A DNA stretch of 64,000 bases from Histomonas meleagridis 2922-C6/04-290x (Eukaryota > Protista > Parabasalia). A program made the position numbers and the translations under genes. The stretch is taken from contig JAANOX010000098.1 in NCBI GenBank assembly GCA_020184695.1, positions 186,001 through 250,000 of the forward strand, given 5' to 3'. The notes beneath the pieces are model-generated. The model did not search any database, had not been told where the DNA came from, and saw only the letters and a program-made list of their open reading frames with translations. Shown one piece after another: positions 54,621 through 64,000 of the stretch. The number at the start of each line of letters is the position of its first letter. The stretch's first letter is position 1.

Positions 54621-57600
54621 ATGGACCTGAATATTGCACTAGAAAAACTAATTTTTAACCTATCTAATGAAAACCTGGAGATAATAGTTCAACAAACAAT
54701 GGAATTATTTGATTCAAATTTTCCATATTCATTTAATTTTAACATATTTAAATTAATTTATTTTTCATTTTTATCACGAAAGAATGATATTGATATATAT
54801 TTAAATTTTCTAAAAACAATTCAAACAAAAGAAGAAGAAATATTTAAAAACACTTCCATCAATTTATATGAAGATTTTTCTCAATATATATCTAAAATTA
54901 ATTCACATGAATCATATTATATCATTGAGTATATGATTGGATTAAATTTAATAAATGAAACTATTCTCAAGGACATTAATTCAGAATATTTTTCACATCG
55001 CAAAACAATAAATCGAGGTCTAATTAGATGGATGGCTGCTTTACCTGGAACTCAACCAACCATGCAAACATCTTTTTTGAAAAATAATAGAGAACTTTCA
55101 AAGAATGATTGGGAACTTCATAAGAAATATATTAAAGAAGGACATAATCCCAACATTATTGCAAAAATAATTCAAAATGATGATATCGAAAAACTCCAAG
55201 AAATATCAACACAAACAAAATTTGATTATAACCAAATGATTAATCCATCAATCTATGAGAGATGTTCTTTTGTTAATACTACAAAAGTTAAATTAATTGA
55301 TTATGCAGCATTTTTCGGATCAATTAAATGTTTTAAATACTTACTTATGAATGGTTCTAAAGTAGAAAACACAGGTAAATATGCAATTGCAGGTGGAAAC
55401 GAAGAAATCATTCATTTATGTGAACAAAATCATTCATCATTTGAGGATGCATATGAAGCTGCAATTGAGTTCCATAGGAACAATATCTTTAAATATATTT
55501 ATGAAAACAAATTTGAAAAACTCAAAGAAAATAATCAGCAAGTTCCAATAAATATTACGACTTGGGGAAGAAATATACCTTGGGGAATAGCTAACAGCCA
55601 AACTACATGGGGATTGAGAACTGAAAAGAAATCAAAAAGCATTAATAAATTAGCGTCCTATTGCATTAAAAATGGGAATTATGAAATTCTTTCATTTTTA
55701 GAGAATGAAGGAATGAAAATTAATGAAGATATCATTAATGAATCAGCAAAAGAAGGAAACTTATATCTTGTTAAATATTTTCTTCAAAAAAATCGAATTC
55801 CTAAAGGCATCTTAATTTTTTCAACTGAATCAGGAAATTTTGAACTTGTTAAATATTTTCTTGAACAAGAAGGAATTGATGTTAATTATAATAATGTTTA
55901 TTTTAATCTTATTCAGATATTTTAAAATAATTTTTGGTAATTGTTTAAAATTTTTGAAACAGCATTTATTAAAGCTTCTAAAAATGGTTATATTGAAATA
56001 GTTCAATTACTTCTTAAACAAAAAGAAATTGATATTAATGATAAAGATGTATATTTGTTTTGTTTAGTATTTATTTGATAAATTTAAAATTTCAAACTAA
56101 AATTTGGAATTTATAAAGATCCTTTAGAACTGCACTTATGTCTGTATGTGAAAAAGGAAATATAGAAATAGTTAAATTACTTCTTAAACAAAAAGAAATT
56201 GATATTAATGATAAAGATGTTTATTTGTTTTGCTTAATATTTATTTAATTAATTTCAAATTTCAATTTTTTATATTTAAATTATTATATTTTTTTCAAAC
56301 GCCACTTATTTTGGCATCTGAAAATGGTCACATTGAAATAGTTAAATTGCTTCTTAAGCAAGAAGGAATTGATATCAACGATAACGATATTTATTTCTTA
56401 TATTAGATATTTATCATATAAGTTTAAGGTTTTAAAAAATTATTTGGTAATTGTATTATTTATTCGAAACAGCACTAATCCATGCATTTAAGAAAGAAAA
56501 CATAGAAATAGTTAAATTACTTCTTGAACAAGAAGGAATTGATATGAATACAAAGACTGTTTGATTCTTTTATAAGATAAAAATTCAAGCTAATATTTGG
56601 AATTTATAAAAATCATTCAAAACATTACTTATGTTAGCATCTTCAAAAGGAAATATTAGTATAGAAATAGTTAAATTCCTTCTTGAACAAGAAAATATTA
56701 ATATTAATGATAAAGACATTTATTTATAATATTTATTATTTATTATAAAAATTTAAAATCTTAAAATAATATTTGGAATTTAAAAAAGTCTTTTAGAACT
56801 GCACTTATGATTGCATCTAAAAAAGGAAACATAGAAATAGTTAAGTTACTACTTAACCAAAAAGAAATTAAAATTAATACTAAAGATATTTATTTAACAT
56901 ATTTAATATTAGTTTTTATAATTTGGTATTTCATAAAAATATTTGGAAGTTATTAAATTCATTTAATACAGCATTTATGTTTGCATGTTGGGAAGGTCCT
57001 ATAGAAATAGTTGAGTTACTTCTTGAGCAAAATATAAATATTAATGAAAAAGATGTTTATATGTTTTATTTCAAATCTAATTAATAAATTTTGGATTTCA
57101 AATTAATATTTGGAAATTGCTTAAATTAATTAGAACAGCACTAATGGAAACATCTATACGTGGTAACACAAGTATAATTAAATTACTTCTTGAACAAGAA
57201 GGAATTGATATCAATGCTAAAGATATTTATATGTTTAATTTCGATTTGATTTTAATCATTTTATATTTCAAAATATTATTTAGAAATTGTTCAATATATT
57301 TGAAACAGCACTTATGAAAGCATCTAAAAATAATATTCCAGAAATAGTTAAATTACTTCTTGAACAAAAAGGAATTGATATCAATGCGAAAGATATTTAT
57401 TTATAATATTTTGGATCTATTTTAATCTTATGAAATTTTAAAATAATACTTAAAAATTATTCTAAATATTTAGAACAGCACTTATAGAAGCAACTCAAAG
57501 CAGTCACATAAAAGTTATTAAATTACTTCTTGAACAAAAAGGAATTGATATCAATGCAAAAAGTATTGATTTCAATTAATACGAATTGATTTTTATCATT

Positions 57601-58033
57601 TTATATTTCAATAAAATATTTGGTACAGCGCTTACGATTGCATCGAATTTAGGCAATATAGAAATAGTTAAATTACTTCTTGAGCAAAAGGGAATTAACG
57701 TCAATTCAATTGATATTCATCTCTTTTATGTAATATTTATAACAATAATTTAAAATAACAAAATAATATTTGGAAATTATTTGGATTATTTAATACAGCA
57801 CTTATTTGGGCATCTTCTATTAATAATATAGAAATCGTCAAATTACTTGTTGAAAAAGAAGGAATTGATATTAATATCAAAAATATTTTTTTATACAATT
57901 TCGAATATATTTATCCAATTTAAAGTTTTAACATAAAATTTGGAATTTGTTTTAACGATTTAAAACAGCTTTTATGATTGCATCTGAAAAAGAATTTGAA
58001 GAAATTACCGAATTTTTTAATAAAATAAAATAA
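54621..58033 (+). CDS. DUF3447/ankyrin-repeat gene, locus 2: 425-codon intact N-terminal segment followed by 13 ankyrin modules, each preceded by a non-translatable spacer (about 860 aa if 12 nt of each spacer is retained)
   Basis: ORF 54621-55925 runs into the first spacer and stops. All downstream modules are stop-free and the last (57965) ends in a capping-type sequence TAFMIASEKEFEEITEFFNKIK-TAA at 58033. Joining the modules is inferred, not shown. Confidence 0.7.
55896..57964 (+). repeat. Tandem ankyrin-module/spacer array, 13 spacers (lengths 63,80,80,80,63,80,80,80,80,80,60,80,80 nt)
   Basis: Modules start at 55959, 56129, 56299, 56469, 56622, 56798, 56968, 57135, 57305, 57475, 57625, 57795 and 57965. 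Confidence 0.95.
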
Positions 58034-58052
58034 TTTTTATATTTATTTATTA

Positions 58053-61000
58053 TTAATGATCTAATACAAATGCAACTGATGCTAATATTACATCGTTACT
58101 TGTGTTATCTGTTTCAACTTCAACTTCAGCAACGAGTTTTTCATGATTTAATGACTCGAAAATCGGAATTTTAATTGTATTTTTTTCTTTCTTATTCGTA
58201 CAAATATTTAAATAACAGTTTCCCAACTTAAACAAATCGTTATTAGAAATATCTGATAATGTCACTAAGTTATTTTTAACCATTGCAGCTTGTAACATTA
58301 AATCAGATATATTCAATGTCATAACCGCTCCGCTTTCGGGTGCCTCAAATGTCACTTTTAGTGTAATATCGTTCAATTCAATTTTGTTTGTGTGGACGGC
58401 GGTTTGCATCACAGCCGATACAAAAGCCGCCGGTTTCAATGTTGAAAACAAAGCTATCGGCGAACTTTTCAAAGCGGAATTTGAATTGATTTTCTTGGAA
58501 ATTGAATCGATTGAATTTGTCCTCACAAATAATTCTTCCAGCCATTCAAAAACGTCTTCATTTTCAATCCAATCGCAACACCATTCAATGGGAACGATAC
58601 CATTTTTGAGAGCATTTGAGACTGCCCTCAGGTGAACTGGCAACAATTCAGTGTTATTAATTTGGTTCAAATCCTTCAAATCTTTTCTGACTTCATTAAT
58701 TCTTAAATGCGCCTCATTTCTTTGCATTTCCAAGAAGTCGATTGCCGGATTATTCTTTAACTCGACGTCATCAATTGTTTCGATGACTGACGGATACTTC
58801 GCTTCCAAATCATTTAACAATTTGAAAACATTTTTTCCTTTTTCTTTTTCCATTTTTATCGCACTCGACAAAAGCGACAAGTTATGAAACGTTTCTTCCA
58901 TATTCGATCTCGTCACAGTCACGTTTGCATTCATCGCTAATCCTAATAAGTTCGGTCCATCGTCGACATTACATTGCTTCAATAACTTACTCAAGTTTTC
59001 GATTGTTACATTTTTCGGTATTTCGAACAACGGGAATTTCTTCATTGGAAAGTTCATTGCAACAAACAATTTTAATACGCGCTTGTCATAGATGGAATCC
59101 ATGCAGCTTCCGTAGACTGTTGTCTCGAGTAATCCTTTAATGACATCATACGCATCTTTACGCTCTTCGATGATTTTTATTGCAGCGTTTAAGTCGGATT
59201 GCGTAAACTCAAAGAACTTACTCCATCCAATCGGAATGAACGCGCGACGCTCTTGAAGGATACTGTGCAAGTAGACAAGCGATATAATGTTTTGTCGAAT
59301 CGTTTCGTTAATGTTATTGAACCAATCGGAACTAAATAATGTCAAAATTCGTTTCATTTGGTTAAGTAAACCTGGAGGCGATTCATATGCAATTTTTATT
59401 GAACTTTGTAATAAAACTATTGGGAAATTATTTATAACTTCTGTGGATAATATTAATTTAAATGAATTGTTGTCATTGTTAAGTAATGTTGGAATAAGTT
59501 TTTCTAATTGTTGTAAAAATGTTATATCTAAATGAACATTCTTAATTAGAGCCCATTGTCCATTACGTGAAGCTTGACGGACTAATGATAATGCATCTTG
59601 TGAATTACATTCGCCTAACGCTAATTCCAAAAATCCTTTTTGGCCAATATTTTCAATTTCATTTGCGATTTCTTTAAGTTCGATTGTAGGATCTGATCCT
59701 GGTGTAACTATAAAGATAAATACTTTTTGATCATCATTCCTTAATAATTGTCGTAAACTAAGTGTTTTAGGATTCTTAAATGTGGAAATTACTAACTTTT
59801 GTAATGCTGATAAAACTCGATCTGGTCGTAATGCTTGTAAAATTAAAATACGTTGAAATGGTGTAACGCCAAGTTGTTGTATATTCTTACCATCAATTAT
59901 AGGATATGCTGAATTTAATTCTGGCGTTTTATTTGTCATCCATTTTTCCCATTCACCCGAATTTTCATCAAATTTCAACAACTCAAAAAGTTTCGGAAAA
60001 GTGCCAGCGAACGATTGAAAAGCATTCAATCTCTCTTGAGGTATAAAATTTGGCACTTTTGAGACGTTTAATGGCTTTTGATGTAATAAATGCTGCCATT
60101 CAATTTCGGGAAACATTTTCGGATATACTGTTTTTAATAACAATAATCCAAAAACTAATCTATGTTCTCTAAATAAAGCTTGAGAGAAGTGAGAATATAC
60201 TAAAGAATTAAAAGTAATTATTAATTTTTTAACTCTATCTTTAGTATTATCTTCACATTGTTTAAAAGTAGTAATAAAAAGTTTTGTAAATTCGTCAAGA
60301 GAAAATCGATACATACTATGAATAATACTTAAAGTATCTATTGCGAAATATAAAGCAGATGCAGTATTAGCGAGTGGTTGATATTGTGTTCTTTTCGCTT
60401 GAAGTTTCGCTTGAAACTCTTCACTAGCTTTAATTTTTTGTTCTACTTCTATAGCTCTTTTCTTTTTATCATCCAAAGAATTAATCAATTCTTTATTACT
60501 TAAAATGGTGTTTGGATCAGCCGCAGCTAAAATATCTAATAAAGAAGATTCAAGTTTACCAAGTTCTATTTTTAGTTGTTCTGTTTCATTAACTTTCTCT
60601 TGATGTTGTTGTTCAAGTTTTGGCATTTCAGTCGATATAGCTAAAGTTAATAATTGCATCTTTAAAGCTGTTTTAGTCACAGAGAAGTTAATTATTGAAA
60701 CTAATGATTTCTCTTGTGGCTTTAATTGTATTGATGAATTTCTTGTTACTAAAAACAATTTAAATTCGGGATTTATATCAATATATTTATCCCCAACTCG
60801 AACAGTTAAATGTCCATTTGATAAAACATAATCATGTTCAAGATAAGGATATAAACATAAAGGTATTGAATCGACTTCTTTTATGATTAATTTCTTACCA
60901 AATCGAATCGCTAATGTAACTTGATGTTGGAAACGTGGATGTGATGAAGATAATATTTCACATGAAGGACCTAATGAATGTTCAAGCCATTCGATGATAT

Positions 61001-64000
61001 GTTCAGTAGGATCAATAATAAATAACGCTTTATCATTTGTAGATTGATTAATTATTTGTATATTCTCAAGACTTAATTCATCTGATGGAAATCCATTAAA
61101 TTTTAATTCAAGGATTTCTGATTTAGTATTAATGAAATCACTAAAATTAAATTCTTCTTCTTCTTTAAGTTGTAATAACTTCTTAAGTTGTTTCATTTTG
61201 ATCAAACGTTCATTTTCATTTAATGAACCACAAATTGTAATAAAGATTGATGACATTAATAATTTGTTTGTTGATTGTTTTTGTTCATTTTCTATTTCTG
61301 TTAATTGTTGTGTCCAACGCTTTTGTTCGTCACTTAATTTATTTAATAAATTTGTTGCCGCTTTTTGTTTTTCTTCGATTTCATTTAATGATATTCTTAA
61401 ATGTTCTGCTTCTGATGTATAATTCTTATATTGATCTTGTAATATATCAACATTTTTGTTTAACTCATTCTTTTTATCTTCGATTTCTTTTAATTCTAAT
61501 TTTAAGTTATTTAATTCATTATCACATTTCTTCATTTCATTCTCTAATGGTTTTACATCGCGTAATACTGAACAATAACTTGCCATAGCTTTAACCCATT
61601 GAGATAAAGGTGCTGCAGCTTTTGATGATCTTTTAACTGTTTCATAATCAAATGACATTGACTTCTTTTCAATAGCCTTATTAACTTCGATTAAACTTTG
61701 TTGTGATACTTCATGAGGATCGAAATGTAATATATCATCTTTAATTTTAGGTGATGAAAATACTTTTCGGATTGATTGCCATGAAGTATCTCTTTCACCC
61801 ATTAATAATAAAATCGCTTCTAAGACATCTCGAACTTGTTGTGGTGGCATAGAGAAACTTCGTACTTCACTAATATCACGTGAATCTAATTTAGCTACAT
61901 TCTCTGATGCTTGTTTTAATAATGGTAATATTCCACTTAATTGTTGATCGATTTCTTCTTTTTGTTTCTTAAGTTGAGTTTCTTTAATTGATAATTCTTT
62001 TTGTATTTTATCTACTTGTGTTGATTGTAATGATAATTCAGTCATTGTTTTAGATATATTATCCATTGCTTCTTTAGCACGTTGTTCTTTTTCTTTGACT
62101 TGTACTTGTTGTGATTCTGCTTCTATTGATAATTGATTTACTTTATTCGATACAGAATTTAATCTAAATAAACCATCACTTAAAAACTTTTTACGTGTTA
62201 TTAATGATTCTGATTTATCTTTAGATAATTTAATAAATGAAGATATCATTAATTGAAAATCAGAAGTTTTCATTTCTAAGTTTTTATGGATTTTAGCAAA
62301 TGGAAGTTTTGATATTGTTTCATCATTAATTTCATATTTATTTAATATAAATGGTATCATGTCATTTAATGTATTCTCTGTATATTCATTAACATATAAA
62401 ATTGTACATTGTGACTTTAATAAAGGTTGAGATTTCAATGTAATTTGATATGTAGGTGATCTCGGATCAATTATAAAAACAATTTTGAAGTTATTTTGTA
62501 TTAATTTTATGAATTCATCATATGAAATATCATTTAATTGTTGTAAAATAGCTTTTAATTCTTCTGGCGTATATAAATTAGAAGGTAAATGATTCGTTAA
62601 AAATGAATTTATATATTCATAAAAATTATCATCAATAATTTGATATTCTTCAATACATAAAATAGTTAATTGATTTTGTATTGTAGCATTAGATAAACAT
62701 TCTTTTAAATCATTAATAAAATGTCGAATTGAATAACCATCGAAAGTTGATAAATTATAAAATTTACTTTTCATTGCATAAGTTGTTAATTTTAATACAT
62801 CTTTAACATTACAACCAGTGATAGCTATTAATAACAAATGATTATTCGGTAATGTTAAAGCTCTATTAATTTGTGATGAAAGTTTTATAATATTTGATTG
62901 TATAAATATTTCAAGTGAACCAATTTCTCTTTCATAATTTATCAAAACAGAATTTAAATATTTCTTAATTGTAGAAATATCTGTTTTATATAATTTATTA
63001 TCATTTTGATTAAATGATGTATATACACCCATCTTACCTGAAATATATTTAGTTAAAATTTGATTAAATTCTTTTTGTAATTTACTTGAGTTTAATTGAT
63101 CACTAAATATTCGACATGCTTCATATAAAAGGATTTGATTTGGTTGATCATTAGAATATCTTTCTAAGCCAATTATCCATTTAGTTAAATCTTTTGGAGT
63201 GAAACCATTTCGTTGTAAAAATTGATCATAAATATTAACAATTGATTTCGATAATTCTAAACAAACATTTGGTGAAAATTCTTCGTTTTTACTTAATATT
63301 TGTGAGATATATTCATTATAAATAAATCGAAGATTTTCACTTGATAAATAATCAATTACTATAATTCTAAATTGTGATATTACTCGATTGGATATTGGTT
63401 GAATTGATTCATTCGGATTAATAGTTGCTACAATATTAATATTCTTTAATTCAACCCATTCTAAACTTTCATTCATAAATCCATTTAATTGACATAATTG
63501 TCGTATAAAACTATGTAATTCAACTGTATCGAATTTATCCGATTTAGGATTTTGTATATTTTTAAAGAATAATGTTAAGTTTTTATTAGTTTTAGGTTTC
63601 ATTATAATACCATTCGAACTTGGTGATACTGAACATAATTCATTTAACATCGAAATAACTTGTTTTGAAGTTGTTAATGAATTACAATATATTATTTCAA
63701 TATCATTTTGATAAAGTTTTTGTATTAATGTAGTTTTACCACAACCTTTAGGACCAATAATTAAAAGATTTTCATTTGTATATTTGATTGCTGATGTATA
63801 ATATTTCATTGATTCTGGCGTAATTACAAAAGGAGGTTTTAATGTATTAAATTCATTTTCTTTAAGTTTCTCATATTCAAATTGTTGAATTTTATCATTT
63901 ATATAATCATTTAATAAAACATTTTTATTTTGGAAATTAATTTTACATCCACAAACTTTACTTGCATGATTTATATAATCATATGCAAATTTCTCTTGTG
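58053..64000 (-). CDS. DYNC2H1: Cytoplasmic dynein 2 (IFT dynein) heavy chain, C-terminal part from AAA3; continues beyond the window
   Basis: Frame is open to the window end. AAA3 P-loop GPKGCGKT; FMNESLEWVELKNINIV and PKSDKFDT resemble dynein-2; stalk with AAAPLSQWVKA; AAA5/AAA6 motifs (GQWALIKNVHL, AYESPPGL, ERRAFIPIGWSKFFEF). Confidence 0.88.
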   Translation of the reverse strand, partial: QEKFAYDYINHASKVCGCKINFQNKNVLLNDYINDKIQQFEYEKLKENEFNTLKPPFVITPESMKYYTSAIKYTNENLLIIGPKGCGKTTLIQKLYQNDIEIIYCNSLTTSKQVISMLNELCSVSPSSNGIIMKPKTNKNLTLFFKNIQNPKSDKFDTVELHSFIRQLCQLNGFMNESLEWVELKNINIVATINPNESIQPISNRVISQFRIIVIDYLSSENLRFIYNEYISQILSKNEEFSPNVCLELSKSIVNIYDQFLQRNGFTPKDLTKWIIGLERYSNDQPNQILLYEACRIFSDQLNSSKLQKEFNQILTKYISGKMGVYTSFNQNDNKLYKTDISTIKKYLNSVLINYEREIGSLEIFIQSNIIKLSSQINRALTLPNNHLLLIAITGCNVKDVLKLTTYAMKSKFYNLSTFDGYSIRHFINDLKECLSNATIQNQLTILCIEEYQIIDDNFYEYINSFLTNHLPSNLYTPEELKAILQQLNDISYDEFIKLIQNNFKIVFIIDPRSPTYQITLKSQPLLKSQCTILYVNEYTENTLNDMIPFILNKYEINDETISKLPFAKIHKNLEMKTSDFQLMISSFIKLSKDKSESLITRKKFLSDGLFRLNSVSNKVNQLSIEAESQQVQVKEKEQRAKEAMDNISKTMTELSLQSTQVDKIQKELSIKETQLKKQKEEIDQQLSGILPLLKQASENVAKLDSRDISEVRSFSMPPQQVRDVLEAILLLMGERDTSWQSIRKVFSSPKIKDDILHFDPHEVSQQSLIEVNKAIEKKSMSFDYETVKRSSKAAAPLSQWVKAMASYCSVLRDVKPLENEMKKCDNELNNLKLELKEIEDKKNELNKNVDILQDQYKNYTSEAEHLRISLNEIEEKQKAATNLLNKLSDEQKRWTQQLTEIENEQKQSTNKLLMSSIFITICGSLNENERLIKMKQLKKLLQLKEEEEFNFSDFINTKSEILELKFNGFPSDELSLENIQIINQSTNDKALFIIDPTEHIIEWLEHSLGPSCEILSSSHPRFQHQVTLAIRFGKKLIIKEVDSIPLCLYPYLEHDYVLSNGHLTVRVGDKYIDINPEFKLFLVTRNSSIQLKPQEKSLVSIINFSVTKTALKMQLLTLAISTEMPKLEQQHQEKVNETEQLKIELGKLESSLLDILAAADPNTILSNKELINSLDDKKKRAIEVEQKIKASEEFQAKLQAKRTQYQPLANTASALYFAIDTLSIIHSMYRFSLDEFTKLFITTFKQCEDNTKDRVKKLIITFNSLVYSHFSQALFREHRLVFGLLLLKTVYPKMFPEIEWQHLLHQKPLNVSKVPNFIPQERLNAFQSFAGTFPKLFELLKFDENSGEWEKWMTNKTPELNSAYPIIDGKNIQQLGVTPFQRILILQALRPDRVLSALQKLVISTFKNPKTLSLRQLLRNDDQKVFIFIVTPGSDPTIELKEIANEIENIGQKGFLELALGECNSQDALSLVRQASRNGQWALIKNVHLDITFLQQLEKLIPTLLNNDNNSFKLILSTEVINNFPIVLLQSSIKIAYESPPGLLNQMKRILTLFSSDWFNNINETIRQNIISLVYLHSILQERRAFIPIGWSKFFEFTQSDLNAAIKIIEERKDAYDVIKGLLETTVYGSCMDSIYDKRVLKLFVAMNFPMKKFPLFEIPKNVTIENLSKLLKQCNVDDGPNLLGLAMNANVTVTRSNMEETFHNLSLLSSAIKMEKEKGKNVFKLLNDLEAKYPSVIETIDDVELKNNPAIDFLEMQRNEAHLRINEVRKDLKDLNQINNTELLPVHLRAVSNALKNGIVPIEWCCDWIENEDVFEWLEELFVRTNSIDSISKKINSNSALKSSPIALFSTLKPAAFVSAVMQTAVHTNKIELNDITLKVTFEAPESGAVMTLNISDLMLQAAMVKNNLVTLSDISNNDLFKLGNCYLNICTNKKEKNTIKIPIFESLNHEKLVAEVEVETDNTSNDVILASVAFVLDH

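Noticed and set aside
55896-57964. Spacers as ordinary GT-AG (or AT-AC) introns using the ACAG at module starts
   Set aside because: ACAG is Thr-Ala coding and is replaced by ACTG, ACGC or ACAT in four modules (56129, 56299, 56622, 56798). Joining at that AG or AC gives the wrong frame, and 16 of 21 spacers do not begin with GT.
55896-57964. Stop-codon reassignment or simple -1 frameshifting as the explanation
   Set aside because: 80 nt is not a multiple of 3, so readthrough alone fails. TAA, TAG and TGA all occur in spacers, and normal genes here terminate at TAA/TGA/TAG. A slippery T-TTA-AAA occurs in only a few spacers and lies downstream of the in-frame stops.
3367-64000. Apparent clustering of ciliary (BBS5, DYNC2H1), trafficking (VPS39-like, VPS50, DENN) and nucleolar (FBL, RPA12) genes
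   Set aside because: The genes are dispersed over tens of kb on both strands among unrelated genes, with no evidence of a functional cluster.

Overview
Gene-dense, very AT-rich eukaryotic DNA. Long ORFs are uninterrupted, intergenic gaps are short, TCAYT / AAAGTGAC-type promoter motifs recur, and there are DUF3447-type ankyrin genes. Together these point to a parabasalid protist (Trichomonas/Tritrichomonas/Histomonas-like); the taxon is an inference. About 30 protein-coding genes can be supported. They include a VPS39-like protein (5' end at the window edge), BBS5, a CHD-like chromo/pseudo-SNF2/FYR protein, an atypical E2F, SDF2, fibrillarin, ITFG1, RPA12, a folliculin/SMCR8-type DENN protein, VPS50, MYCBP, a histidine acid phosphatase, a CUE-Smr protein, importin-like ARM/HEAT proteins and the C-terminal ~1980 codons of the dynein-2 heavy chain. 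No rRNA, tRNA, CRISPR array or transposase could be supported. The outstanding signal is in the DUF3447/ankyrin loci at 18540-20993, 54621-58033 and a decayed copy near 37430-38275. Every full ankyrin repeat is a clean, stop-free ~30-codon module, and the modules are separated by AT-rich, frame-breaking spacers inserted at the same point (the beta-hairpin loop). I counted 21 spacers: 17 are exactly 80 nt (170-nt period), most contain in-frame stops, and none has a usable GT...AG pair. The coding modules look selected while the spacers cannot be translated. This suggests an undescribed class of non-canonical intervening sequence (unusual splicing, ribosomal bypass or a cassette system). All counts were made by hand from the sequence.
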